This document shows positions 35,801-51,110 of a DNA stretch of 64,000 bases, one piece after another; position 1 is the first letter of the stretch, and each line of letters starts with the position of its first letter. A program made the translations under genes and the position numbers. Under the pieces are notes generated by a model. It saw only the letters and a list, made by a program, of their open reading frames with translations, searched no databases and was not told the origin of the DNA. Origin of the DNA: Octopus sinensis (Eukaryota); contig NC_043005.1 in the NCBI RefSeq assembly GCF_006345805.1, positions 50,406,001 through 50,470,000 of the forward strand. The letters are read 5' to 3'.

Positions 35801-36363
35801 CAGGTTAGTTTTGGTTGAGCAGATATATGATCATAACCATTCTAGCGGAACATCCGTCTTTTTTTATTAGCTATACTGCACCGCGGACTATAATACCCTA
35901 TAATTTCGGTCTATTATTTTTTCTATTTTGTAAAGCAGTGGTGGTGGTAATGGGATTTGAGAAGATATTTTACTGCTATTCCTAACAGGTTGGTCGATCG
36001 CTTAGAGGTTCACTCGTTGTCTCGGGGGCAAAAGTAATTTTTTAAAAATCAAATCAAAGAAAACCCAAGCAAGGTACAGTCACTCCGCAAACACCATTCA
36101 TTCTAGTTTTTGTGTTGAACTAACTGAAACGCAGGAAATTATCGAAATCAAATCCTCTAAAACATCATATACCGTCGTCCATCTTTTGTACAAATCATAT
36201 TTTACTAACATTCAAAGCAATTCTTATGAAAGAACTTTATTTTTCGATCAGCATGTTATTATTTTCAAGCATTTTTTTCCATACGACTGTGTGAGTTCTA
36301 TTTTGTGTCATGAAAAGGATCAGGATTTCCATAATGCAATATTAAACATAATATGTATACGTA

Positions 36364-36419
<56 letters not shown>

Positions 36420-39400
36420 CGTAGATGTAATAGAATGAGATAAATTACTCAAGCTTTAGAGCTTTAATCCAGTGATTGGTAATCCCTTGAGCAATAGTAA
36501 GGTCATGAAACAGTTTATAAAGAAAATATTTGAATAAGATATTCGCTCGAAGTGATTGCGTTGAAGTGTGTTCCAAGCTAAAATGTAATTGCTTTTGACA
36601 AACAATGCCAAAAGTAATTTTAAATATGACGGGAAAACATTGATTAGAGAAGACAATAGATTCTCTAAGAAAGAGAAAAAATGAGGGAAAAAATGGAATT
36701 GTATTACACAAATAATAACCTAAACTGGACGCGAGTATATCAGTATGTAAGACACACTAAAATGAATACATATACAGAGATGGGATTGAGTGACATGCAT
36801 AAAATTTTCCGGGAAGCCAAGTAGATAAAATACTGGGCTCACGAATCTCGAGTTCAAACGCGCTGCAAGAGAGTTCCATCTTGTTTCTGACAACAATACT
36901 TTGCCCTGCATCATTTCACTTGTCTTAACGGCCGGGCATATATAACAAGGGTTATCTAGTTCAGCAGGGCATACATTACAGGAGTTATCTAGTTCAGCAT
37001 CAGACCAAATTCGTCTCGTAGTATTTTGCTACTAAATCAGGATTCTGATCTTAACCAAAGTCTAGTGAGGTCGTTGGTGTGCAACAATCTATTTCACAAT
37101 ATATTTTCTTCTATAAATGATACTTTGAAGGAGGGCACTTTCATTTTAGTTAACACTAGCATTTAACTGGTACTTTCGCTATCGATCTCAGTGCTTAAAT
37201 GATATTATTGATCTTATCGAAGGATGAAATTAAAATAGAAATGGGATTTGAACTCATATGTCAAGCAGCGGAAATGTACCATCCTTCTGCAAGAATCGAA
37301 GAAAAATTTGTTGCGATTTGAAACGTCACCAAATCTCAGGTCGACTCTACATTTCATTTCCTGGGAGCGATAACATAATTACTGGTTACTCCGTAGCTAC
37401 TATAACATAGTGAGTTGACTTTATTGATAAAAGAAAGTCTCTTAGAAAAAAAAATCTATAAATTTGTGACCAGAAGTTAGTCAATTTCATCGACTAACCC
37501 GTCTCCCATAAGTTTGTGGCCTTGTATATTAGAAACAATTATTGAGAGTGGTGGATTAGCAAGGTTGTGAAAATTCCATGTGATATTTGTTCCGGCTCTT
37601 TACTCTCTGAAATAAACCCCGCCGATGTCAATTTTGCTGTTCATTATTTATAAAATGTAACAGATGGGTAGTTATTTTAATCAGTAGTTTGTGTTTTAAT
37701 CGGTTCAGTCGACTAACGTCTTCCATTCAAATTTCAACTCCGTTTCTAAATTTAAACAGTTGTAATTATTATTCACTGTAGATGAGAAAGCGAGGAAATA
37801 AAGCAACTTTTTGGATATAGTTCTTTTTTTTTTCTCCTCTGCTTCATCTGCATACAATAATTGGATACAGCTATTTCACACCTCACTTCCGAAAAGAAAA
37901 CTATTTTAATTGCAACTCAAATTATTGATAATGATCACGAACAAAAGGGAAACACATTTTAACATCGAGTTTAACGATATCAAATAAAGATGTCAAAAAT
38001 AACAATAGTATACATATGTCAAATGTAAATATGACAAACGAAATACAAAATGTTCTTTCAAAAAAAAAAATTCCCTTATCAGAGAACGTTTTGCTGAAAG
38101 AACAAAAGATCGACTACATTTTGTGCACAAGTCTACTGCAATCTATCCCAGAGGTAGATAAGAGAAGGAGCATAACGTACCTTACTTTCACAAGACAGCG
38201 AATGTTTTCCTTGTTCCATTGAAGGAAATCTAGGAAACATCCTTGACAAGTATTTAAGAGAAATCTGATTCGTTGGGGTAAGAAGAGCATATAGCACCGG
38301 ATGTGCTTATATCTAAAAGAGAAGAAGTGCAAACCCAATTTATATGTGACACACTTGTTCCCGAGCTGCTGCTATATGATTATACAATCGTATCCCCGAA
38401 TAGTCCCCTGTAAAAGATGCCGAGGCGAAAACATTTAAACTTAACCTCCAACAACTTAGACGAGTCATCTGTTACACATACGGCAGAAAACTTATTTAAA
38501 AGCTATCAGCACAAAAAGCCCAAAACAACAAAATCCACAACAACAACAGGAGGTTGCCTAAGGTGACAGCAGACACAGTTCGTGAGTCTGGAAACAAAAT
38601 TGCCTCGTTCTCATTGTTCGGAGTGAACCGTGAATCCCATGAATCCGCTCTTCCAAATACGACCGACGAAGCCAAGAGGAGTTACCCATAGTAACAACAT
38701 CTAAAACTAAGCAACCAGGATGCACCCACTGACAGCTATACCGCCCAAAGCTATGAAAATGGAGACCAGACGATGGCTGAAGGACATAGGGTGACTTCGA
38801 AAAACAAATTCAAAAACATCAACAACAAAAAATTAATAAATAAAATAAATAAAAGTAAAATGTGTCCGGAAGGGTGCACTTGTTGTGAAGAGCAGAAACT
38901 AAACACTCCTTTGAAGAATAACTCGTGTCCTATGAAGGAGGGCACATAGATAACGAGGAAGAAAGACCCTCCTCTCTGAACGAAATGGAAATTCACAGCC
39001 TTGTGGAAGACTAATAATCTAATAAACCGCTCATTGGATATACACCAAAATTTCTCAGATTAAGTACGGTTCAGCAAGGAAATGGCCTTACTTTTTGAAA
39101 CAGCATAAAAATGCCAGAATAATAGCCAAAATTTGGAGACGATACAAAGTGTTATATCAAAACTTTTCACATGATGTGGGCTCTCCGTTACTCACTGTAA
39201 CACATTAGCTCCTAACAGAAGATTCTAGAATCACCAGCGATGAACAATACAGCAAATTAGAAGAGGAGGTTTGTAATCAGGAACTGGGGTTTTCCGATTG
39301 ACATAAGGCGAATTTAAACTCATCCTTTCGGGGTCGATAAAATAAGTACCAGTTGAACATTGGGCTCAATGTAACGGACTTGAAATTCCACATTTTTATT

Positions 39401-39454
39401 TATTTCAATGAACAAATCTTTATATTTTCTGAGCTTGTCAAATCCTTTTGCCGA

Positions 39455-40120
39455 AATATTATGATCTCATAAGGGATACTATCTGTTTTTTTAAGCTTTG
39501 ATGGTCTGTCTGTATGTCCTGGAAAGTCCCCAAAATCATTGAATTTTCTCCCTCGGAGTGATACTTATAGCACTTATCAACAGATTTGATTTTATAATGC
39601 CAGCATATTGACCTGTGTAGATATTGGCCAACTTTGTCCATGTCTTGGTTTATACTCCACGAGTGCTGAATCTTTACATTCAGAGGTTTAGTGTCTGCTA
39701 TTTCGATCTCATCATTGTTGAATCGGCACTTTGCATCTACACCATTTTTTACCTCATTAGCTTGATGGCTCCGGCTTAATAATCTTTGATCTTGAGCATC
39801 TAAGATGAAGCTTTCGCTCTCTGATTTTAGCCATAAGCTTCGCAACCACTGATGTGTGTATTTCTAGTCAACACCAGCTTGTATGCCACGGGGCACATAT
39901 TTTTCATGCAGTGGTTTCTGTTCTCACCTACTTTTTTTCTTTGCCATTAATTTTACCTTCTTTGCAATAACAGTTTCCACACTTCCCCTCAGGCTGTTCG
40001 GCTTTGATATCATTCATGAAATCAATAGCAAATTTTTGCTCTCCTTCAAAACAGAATGAAGCTTCTTACGTCTCTTGTGACTTTCAACGAGTTTTCGTGA
40101 CTAGTCGTTAGATGTTTCGA
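39455..40120 (-). pseudogene. R4/Dong-clade LINE fragment, distinct subfamily
   Basis: KPLHEKY...THQWLRSLWLKSESESFILDAQDQRLLSRSHQAN...DAKCRF...DKVGQYLHRSICWHYKI. Confidence 0.8.
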
Positions 40121-40333
40121 GATATTTGGCCACTCCAATTGTGGTATTCTAAGAAAGTTCAAACTAGATCAAACCTCGATCTCCCTGGATTCTGAGAAGA
40201 TAAAAATGATCTATGGCTGCCTTTGAGTGGCGCATCTTATTACAAGTCAGCAACTTAACGAATTTTTCAATCAATTTTCATTATTTCACTGATATTCTAG
40301 TCCAACACATTGAAGCTATACGTGTTATTATTA

Positions 40334-40423
<90 letters not shown>

Positions 40424-40984
40424 CATTATTACTATTATTATCGTCTCAGTAGACATGTCTAGAAGATAAAGGTTAACATTTCGACTTTTGGCTTTCATTG
40501 CTAGCTGCAGCTGTGGAAGAATTATTGATAAATATTAATCTTTGATTAATCATAGCAATATGCCTATGGAAATAAAATCTCATGAACAGTAATGTCACTG
40601 TTTTGTTTTTGTTTTTGCTTCGTTTTTAATTTGTTTCTGAAATGAAAGTAAATCATGGCCGATGTATAATAATAAACTTTCGCTCAAACTAACTAGGCTT
40701 AGTACAAATATATTTATATATGTACTTGGAGTAATCGGTTGTGAATTAATAATCCGTGTCACGGATGTTCATCTGTGAGGTAGACTAATACTTTCGGATA
40801 TTAAATACAAAGCTATTAATGTTGCAGTGTCGTATTATATAGACACCAAAAAGGCAATGAGATGGCAGAATCATTAGCACACCAGACAAAATACTCGGCG
40901 GCATTTCGTCTGCATTTACGTTCTGAGTTCAAATTCCATCCATGTCGAGTTATCATTTCTACTTTCGAATCGATGGAATTTGTA

Positions 40985-41249
40985 TTACTCTTTACTCTCT
41001 TTACTCTTTTATTTGTTTCAGTCATTTGACTGTGGCCATGCTGGAGCACCGCTTTTAGTCGAGCAAATCAACCCCAGGACTTATTTTTTTGCAAGCCTAG
41101 TACTTATTCTATCGGTCTCTTTTGCCGAACCGCTAGATTACGGGGACGTAAACACACCAGCATCGGTTGTCAAGCGATGTTGGGGGACAAACACAGGTAC
41201 ACAAACATATACACATACATGCACAAATACATACATGCATACATACATG

Positions 41250-41318
<69 letters not shown>

Positions 41319-41343
41319 TAGATATAGATAGATAGATAGATAT

Positions 41344-41398
<55 letters not shown>

Positions 41399-41540
41399 CG
41401 ACGGGCTTATTTCAGTGTCCGTTAACCAAATCCACTCACAAGGCTTTGGTTGGCCCGAGGCTATAGTAGAAGACACTTACCCAAGGTGCCACGCAGTGGA
41501 ACTGAACCTGGAACCATGTGGTTGGTAAGCAGGCTACTTA
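40985..41540 (-). mobile_element. Young SINE family B
   Basis: Near-consensus full-length copy. Confidence 0.95.
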
Positions 41541-42059
41541 CCACACAGCCACTCCTACGCCTAGTTGAGTATTGGGTATAGACGATGTAACCGAATATAC
41601 CCCTCAACCCCAAAATTCCAGGCGTTCTGTCTGTAGTGGAAAGGATTATATAGATTCCAAGAATAATGAACATGCAGAATCTTAGAACATCGGACAAAAT
41701 ACCATGCTATGTAGTATATGTTCCAGTCTATTACGATCCGGGTTCAAATCTCACCGTGGTCAATTTCGCCTTCCAACCTCCGCAAGTCAGTAAAATAAGT
41801 GCTTGCAAAGTACAAGGATCAATATCATCCACTGTTTCCTTCCCAAATTTTCTGTCCTTGTGTTTCTGTTAGAAATTATTTTATAAATTCCAAAGGAGGT
41901 ACTGGAGCGACAAAATCGACAGAGTTGGCGAACAATAAATGCCTGCAGTGTTTCGAAGAGTTAGATGCCTTTACACCACTAAGTTCGGTTCTTATCTGGG
42001 TTAATTTGGTCTTTCATCAATAGAATCGGGTATACGATATAAAAAAAATCTACTGCCAT

Positions 42060-42715
42060 GTCTTTTTTCTTGTATTTGTTTCAGTTATTCGATTGCAGCC
42101 TCGAAGGGTTTTCATAAGTCAGGTACTAACCCTATCGTTCCCATTTGCCGAAACGCTAAATTTCGGGGACGAAAACAAACCAACACCGATGATCAAGCTG
42201 TGGTGGTGGTGGTGGGAGACAGAAACAGAAATACACACACATAAGGTGGCGAGCTGGCAGAGACGTTAGCACGCCGGGCGAAATGCTTAGCGGTATTTCG
42301 TCGGCCGCTACGTTCTGAGTTCAAATTCCGTCGAGGTCGACTTTGCCGTTCATCCTTTCGGGCTCAATAAATTAACTACCAGTTACACACTGGGGTCAAT
42401 GTAATCGACTTAATCCTTTTGTCTGTCCTAGTTTGTCCCCTCTATGTTTAGCCCCTTGTGAGCAATAAAGAAATAAGAGACAGAAATACACACACATACA
42501 TCTATAACTCTCTCTCTCCTTCCTTCTCTCTATCTATAAATATATATATATATAATGACAGGCTTCCACACAATTTCCGTTAACCAACTCCACCTAAATC
42601 TTCCCACAAGTCTTTGGTCGACCCGGAGCTAAAATACAAGGCACTTACCGAAGGAGACGCGCAGTGGGATTGAAACCGAAGCGGAGAAGCAAACTTCTTG
42701 TCACACACCCATGTG
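42060..42715 (-). mobile_element. Older SINE family B interrupted by SINE A
   Basis: Family B tail at left, head at right, with a nested insertion between them. Confidence 0.8.
42244..42479 (+). mobile_element. Young SINE family A with 19-bp TSD
   Basis: TSD ACAGAAATACACACACATA at 42225-42243 and 42480-42498. Confidence 0.95.
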
Positions 42716-42984
42716 GTTATAATAGAAATCAATATTAATTGAATTCGAAGAGACGGTACGTGTACAGAATCAACAGAGCAGTAGTCTCAGTATCTTAACG
42801 ATGTTGCATTAGAGTCACTTTGTTCAAATTCCGCTGAGACACAATTTGGTTTTCATCATTCCGAGTATCGACAATATTAAAAATCAGTCAAGTATGGAAG
42901 TCAATGAAATCGACAATGCTTTTGCCCTAGATTTGAGGTTTTGTACCCGTGAGAAACAAGCAAACACACACACGCGCGCACACA

Positions 42985-43066
<82 letters not shown>

Positions 43067-43244
43067 GTGTCTACAGGAGATCCCATGGGCAACCTTCGAT
43101 TTCTCATTCCAAGAGGGTTTCTCAACCCTCTTGTATACAGTTATTAATAGCTTTATCGAATCACTATTCCAAAAATTATTTCACGTTCTCTTGAAAGTTT
43201 ATAAAATTTTTATAGCGTCAACACATACACACACACAAATTTTA

Positions 43245-43900
<656 letters not shown>

Positions 43901-43907
43901 ACACCCA

Positions 43908-43975
<68 letters not shown>

Positions 43976-44504
43976 CAATTCTTTTTCTTATTTAGGTACG
44001 TAATATACGTAGTGTACCTATCCATCTGTTTTACTAACAAGCTACACATTTATCTATCAATTTCTTCAAACACTACGCACCTCCTCTTCTTCGTCGATTG
44101 TCTTTTACTGTCTTCTGGGCTAGATTTCTTCCAAATACATTTTTCAACGCCCACGGGGAAAAATTAGAATTATGCATCAATGTGGGTGTTTATGTTTTCG
44201 ATTGTAATCATATATACTGCACAGTGTTTCCGTGTGCGTCACACTTGTGCGTATCAATATAATTATAAATATATGTATATGCATAACAAATATATGCATA
44301 TAAGACACTTTCACGACATGCATACGCGCGTGTGTGTATGTGCATGTGTGTGTGTGTGTTTAAATTTTGTTTCAGTTTCCTTACATCATACTGCGCCAAT
44401 CAGTAAGAAAATTCAATTGAATCCTTGCAAATTATTTATATAAGGCAAGCTAAGTTTTTCATGAGTTTAAATTTCATTGTAGCGCGTTGTACGCACACAC
44501 ACAA

Positions 44505-44570
<66 letters not shown>

Positions 44571-44980
44571 GTACATGTACATCAAGTCTCTGAATATGCT
44601 CATATATCTTTATACACAGATACATATGTACATACAACTTATGTATGTGCGCATGTGTTTGTAAATTATATACCTATATATATATACATACACGCACATA
44701 TGTATACATACATATATATACTTTCATATATATATATACACACATACATATGTGTGTGTGTGTGTGTGTGTGTATTTACTGTTACAGTCGTCCTCCACGT
44801 TTGCTCATTATTCCCACCAACTTTTTGGTGTTGACGCCACCAAAATGAACAATATTTAAAGGCGTGAAATTGTAATCATTTGGGGACAAAAACTAACGGG
44901 AAAGGAGCATATTCAGATCTTGTATGTACATTTTTCGCTTTCTTCCTCTGTCATCCTTCTGTTCGATTTATTATTATTAT

Positions 44981-45262
44981 GTGAGAGAGCAGTGCAAAGC
45001 GACAATGGGGGGTAAAATCTCATATGAAGATAAACAGCACATGACCTTGCAGGTGAGGCCCAGTTAGAATTTTCTTCAAGTCGAGTAGCTCCCCACCCCG
45101 CTCAAATGGTCCTTGAATAAGGGTTGTGTAAGGATGTTGAGAAAAACAACCACGTTTCCAAAGGTGAATTATTCAAACTCCAAAGAATTCCTCTCAACAC
45201 ATGGCTATGATGCCCCCCCCCTACTTCTGCGTGTGATCAGAGATGCTCATATCGTCAGCCAC
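44981..45262 (-). mobile_element. Partial copy of the 560-bp repeat, fused to a SINE B 5' half
   Basis: Aligns to 28574-28952 with an internal deletion, then continues into SINE B at 45262-45385. Confidence 0.8.
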
Positions 45263-45672
45263 AGAGGCTTTGGTCAGACTAAGGCTATAGTAGAAGACAC
45301 TTGCCCAAGGTGTCACACAGTGGGAACGAACCCCGAACCATGTGGTTGGGAAGCAAACCTCTTACCACACAGCCATGCCCGCAACCTATATATGCATACA
45401 TACATATATACACACATACACGCACACACACACACAAACACATATACACATGCACACACACATGTGCATACATAAAATAGCGTAGGTAGCTATACACAAC
45501 ATAAAATCAAAAAGAGAAAATTACAGTTGTCACTAATTGTGGCTGAGCATGCCAGGTAGCACCTGTCTTGCTAAAGATAAGTGTTAAAAATCCTTAGAAC
45601 CTCAAGAAATCCCATTTCCATATTTTGACAGGGGAGATAACCACCCCAAATATATATTATATTATATATATA

Positions 45673-45711
<39 letters not shown>

Positions 45712-45714
45712 TAT

Positions 45715-45767
<53 letters not shown>

Positions 45768-46266
45768 GACATCTTGCATATATCATTCAGTATAAAAGTC
45801 CAAACGTTGCCCATCTAAATTACTCCCCTCAAGTTATTTCCCTCAGTCTATGATCGTCTTATAATTATAAAAATTAAATGTAAATTCGTAAATTTCAGCT
45901 CAAGCGGTCCACTGAGATTGAAACATGCTTGTAACTGTTGTTAAGTTGATTGGTGAAAAAAGGATCAGATTTGCCAATAAACATGGAAATTAAAATTATG
46001 TAAATATAATATTTTAATGAAAATAGATCCTAAATTTCTTGAAATTATGTCCCCTTGTTATTGACAGTTGCTAAGAATTTTCACTAGATTTTTGTTTTCG
46101 TTCTACAACTAAGAAGCAAAATTAATCAATTTAGGAGATTCAACGAGAGTAATTTAGTCAGTATACTCCTTCTTTACCTGAGCTAGGCACGTGCGCGCAC
46201 ACACGCATACATAATACATACATACATATATACATACAGTCATATACGCACATACCCACATATATA

Positions 46267-46310
<44 letters not shown>

Positions 46311-46460
46311 ATAATAAATATACACACACACACACACACGCACATACACATACATACACACACATACACAAACACACACACACACACACACAATATATAT
46401 ATATATATATATATATAAGTGTATATTGTGCGATATGTGTAAACACTCGCACAATATACA

Positions 46461-46519
<59 letters not shown>

Positions 46520-46676
46520 TTGTGTGTGTTTGTGTATGTGTGTGTATGTATGTGTATGTGCGTGTGTGTGTGTGTGTGTGTGTGCTTACACGCAAACGCA
46601 CAACCTTATACACATTCATACATACATGCAAACAAATAAATTTGCTCATGAAACGCCAAATCTTATTCCCTCCCTT

Positions 46677-46717
<41 letters not shown>

Positions 46718-47093
46718 GTCTATCTGTCTGTCTCCCTCTCTCTGTGTGTCCTTCTCTATTTCTGTATCTGTCTATTTCTCTTGCTGTCTCCCTCTATCTC
46801 TTCATATGAGTATCTGATGACTATTATACCATTGATTTTCAAGCAGCTTTGTTCTGTGTTTGTAATCAAGGTTCTGTATTTCTAGAATCAGTAATTATTA
46901 TAAGATTCCATTGATTTATTCCAATTGCTAGCAGAATATGGTTCTTCTTTACTTGTTTTCTGATTGGTTGGCCGTTTTCTTTTGGTTTTGATTTCTACAT
47001 TTTTTCATGCTTTCCTTTAAATTATTTATTTATTTATTTATGCATTTTTGGAGGGCTATATCTTGTTTTTATTTAGTGGCGGTTTTTTTCGCT

Positions 47094-47130
<37 letters not shown>

Positions 47131-47147
47131 TATTATTATTATTATCA

Positions 47148-47188
<41 letters not shown>

Positions 47189-47813
47189 TATTATTATTAT
47201 TATTATGTTCTTGTTTTCATTTGAGATTTGTTTCATTGCAAGTAAGAAATGTCATTTAGTCAATGTAGGAATACAATAGAATAACACTTACATACACCAA
47301 CACACACACACACACACACGCACACACACGCACACACACACACACACACACACCACACACACACACACAGACACTCACACACACAGTCATGCATATAGAA
47401 GTCTTAGATGCATACGTATATTTTAGTGTTGTTGCCTGGAGGATTGCGTGTGGCGAGAATCTGTGAATGGCGGCTGACTGATATATAGGATTCGAACGAA
47501 TAAATAAAGCTCTAATACGTGTAGTGAGTAATTTTTTTTCCCGCTTGTTTACTTGACAAAACTCACACATACACACGCACACACATGCATACACTAACAC
47601 ACGCACACGCACGCACGCAACACTCACACAAATACACTCAGACACTCCTGTACACGCACCTCTGCACAAACACACACTCATTTATGTATGCATTCATCTA
47701 TGCATCTATGTATGTATATACATTCATACATACACACACACATATATATATATACATGCATACATACATTATATATATATATATGATATATGTATAGATA
47801 TTATATATATATA

Positions 47814-47844
<31 letters not shown>

Positions 47845-47869
47845 CATACATACATACATACATAGATAA

Positions 47870-47935
<66 letters not shown>

Positions 47936-48099
47936 GGGCAGACATATATATTATTAAATAAATAAATACATATGTATATTCATATACACAGACATGACAG
48001 AAGTATACAGACACACTTATGACATACTTATAATCGTTATAATTAATTAAATCTGAAATTATATTTTCAAATTATCTATTAATTATTATAATGTAAATA

Positions 48100-48840
48100 T
48101 CTAATATTTAGTAGACATTCTTTTCGCACTTTTCAATGCAAGGCCCCCATTAGGCATGTTACAGATCAGATGACGATTATTCTCTTAGGGAATTTCCTGC
48201 TAAGTCACGTATAGTAATCTCAAAACATCTAGCTTTGAGGATGCCTTCTTTTTCTTTCTATGAAGTGTCATGTCCATTATGCCCCAGAAGTGTTCATTAG
48301 AATTCATATCTTGACCATGGAAGCTTTTGAATGTCATTCTCTTCCAGCAAATTTTGTGTCAATTTTGCCGTGTGAGAAGAGTCTTCTTAAATCATTTCAC
48401 CACTGGAAAAGATTGGAAGGAGTTCTTTCTGCAATATGAACACATATTTATCTGAGTTTATGTTTCTGTCACACACCACCAGTTCTGATCGACCATTGCC
48501 CCAAACTGTTCCCCAGACCATCAAGAATATCTGCCATGTTTCATTGTTGGCTCAATTTCATGATCACAGAGTCTCCAGACCCGCATTCGACTACTGTCAG
48601 AAAATACAGCAAATTTGGACTCATCTGAGAACATGACAATGTTCCAAAATGCTAGTGGCCTCTCCACCATCTCACTGGCCTAATCTTTCTCCGCTTGATA
48701 TCGGCTTCACGAAGAGGTGGCTTCCTTCTTGTTGCTCTGCCATGGTAGCCAAGTTTGTGGAGATCAATTTCCACTTTAGAGATATAAATCCCTTTATTGT
48801 CATCAGTATGGCACAACTCAATGTACATAAGTATAAACAT
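48100..48840 (-). pseudogene. Tc1-family DDE transposase relic
   Basis: On the - strand: LGYHGRATRRKP...FWNIVMFSDESKF...TMKHG..LMVWG...NINSDKYVFILQ...LPW...EHFWGIM...NMP...MSTKY*, with frameshifts. TIRs not found. Confidence 0.9.
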
Positions 48841-48949
48841 CTGGCATTACTCATTAGTACCCTTATTATTATTATTATATTTATATGATTGTATATTTCG
48901 TATTAATTGTTACCTATATGGTTTTATTTGAAATCATTATTAGGTACGC

Positions 48950-49160
48950 GCAAGGCGGCGTGCTGGTAGAATCGTTAACCGGCCAGGCAAAGCGATCATT
49001 TTGTCCGTCTATATGTTCTGAGTTCAAATTCCGCCGAGGTCAACTTTGCCTTTCATCCTTTAGGCAACAAGAAAATAAGTACCAATGGAGCACTGAGGTT
49101 GATGTAATCAAATATCCCCCTCCACCAAAATTTCAGGTATTGTGCCTGTAGTAGAAAGGA
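48950..49160 (+). mobile_element. SINE family A
   Basis: Head, core and tail present. Confidence 0.85.
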
Positions 49161-49339
49161 TTATTCGGTATGTGTACCAGACAAAAATGCTTCCCGGTAT
49201 TTCTTCCGGCTTTACGTTCTGAGTTCAAAATCCGCCGAGGTCGACTATCTTTTCTGATTTTGATTTAATATAAACTATGTACTCCTAATCAGATGATAAT
49301 TTAATTTACTTTAGGTTTATCCAACTAAAATATCTAAAA

Positions 49340-51110
49340 TAATGTCTTATAAGAGAAGTTCTTGGGTCACTCAAAAAAACAAAACATCTGGACGAAGAAT
49401 CTCATGCAATTTCAAGACTCATATAGGAAAAGAAGAACTGTTCTTCTGGAAGAGCATTCTTTGGAAAACAACTCTAGGATACCAATGAAACTTCAAATTT
49501 TCGGTCGCTTTGAGGTACCATCAAAAGAAGGAAAGAAAGAACAAAGGAAATTTCGAAAGGAGTAAGTTTTTTATGGCAAAAGTAATTAAATTTTCCATAC
49601 TTATAAATTCAAACTTTACAAGCAAAAGTAGTAAAAGTGCTGAATACCTACGATGTGTAAAACGAGGAAAATACGATATATTGAAAGGCATTTTTGACAT
49701 CACAAGGAAAAACAGTGAATCGCTGTGCAGAGTGGATATAAAGTTATATTATCTTCAAATTGAAAGCGAGGGGCAGGAACTGGAAAGGCTGCCAGTTCCA
49801 AAACTATCTATCCACCCAAAAAAAGGAAAGTGTCCTTAATGCCAACTTAACCAGAACAACTTCAGTGTCATCGTCAACGTTTGAAGCAGAGACTGAAAGT
49901 GAATATAAAGAGTCCGAAAAATTAAATGAAAAATCCACACAAACAAGGAACCAAGTTAGTAATATCTTCCAAGCTATCAACCTCAAAATCAGGAGCGGTT
50001 TGTCGACAATTATCTCAAGATGGAATCACTGTCGATAATCTTACCAATATGGTATTTACAGATCGACTATCAAAATAGCTGTTAAAATTTTTTAAAAAAG
50101 TAAGAAAAAATTGGTCATTGCATTTTGAGGGTAAATATATTGGCGACCAAGAATACCAAGTGCTAGTTTTAAAGTATGAACAAAAAGAATTTAAGTTAGA
50201 AGCACTCCAATTAACAAACGGAAAAGCCGATACTATTGTGAAAGGAATAACAGCTGTTTTAGATGAATACAATTTATGGAACTGTGTAAAGATGATTGTC
50301 GCTGATACAACGAGTGTAAACACTGGGAAAAGAAATGGCATTGTCACTCAGTTGCAAAGACTGTTCAAAAAGGTTTGAAAGAACCGCAATTTATTGGCTG
50401 TCAGGATCATATCCTTTATAGAGCTAATCGTGCTGTAATGGATAACGAACTTGGAGGAAAAAGAAGTCATCTCCCGATATTGAATATACATTCATCCCAG
50501 AGCTTCTAAGTAATTACGAGAAACTCCAGGCTAACTTCAACAATGGTGAAGAAAAGATTACTGAATCAGCAGGATGGCGAGATGACATGAAATTTCTATT
50601 TCATTTGACCAGAGTTTTTCATTTCTTTGAAAGAAACCGTCAAATTTCCTACTGTAAAGTTTCAAAAAACACCCAACTTAAATAATGCAAGATGAAATTC
50701 TCGAGCAATACTAGCTCTTTTGGCATTTATTCTTCTACCAGAGAAAAGAATTTTGCTTCTCAATGTTTTTCGATTCATCTCTTACAGTTGGGCAGATTTT
50801 TGGCTTACTGACCAAATGTTCAATGCACATGATTATCAGAAGTTCACATAACTACATAGCCCACAAGTTCATAAAAAAGCATTGAACTTTGTAAAAATCT
50901 TTTCGAGTCGAGGACCATCACAACTGGAAATTCCCAAAACAAATCAGAGTGCAGAACGGGCAATCAAGTGCTTTCAAGATGTTTATGATGTTTGTAAAAA
51001 GAAGGAGACACTACAGCATCGAATTATTTTATCTAAGAAAATATATAAATTCTTTATTGAGTTTAAAACTACATAGCCCACAAACAGATGTATTATCAGA
51101 AGTTCACATA
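49340..51110 (+). pseudogene. Degenerate DNA transposase, hAT-like (hATm-type motifs)
   Basis: LHFEGK..., KADTIVKGITAVLDEYNLW...IVADTTSVNTGKRNG, then FIGCQDHIL (CxxH) and a late NQSAERAIK. Many frameshifts; superfamily assigned from remembered motifs; TIRs not established. Confidence 0.7.

Noticed and set aside
38400-39240. Complex sequence with broken reading frames, possibly a LINE 5' or ORF1 relic
   Set aside because: No motif recognised; cannot be assigned without a database search.
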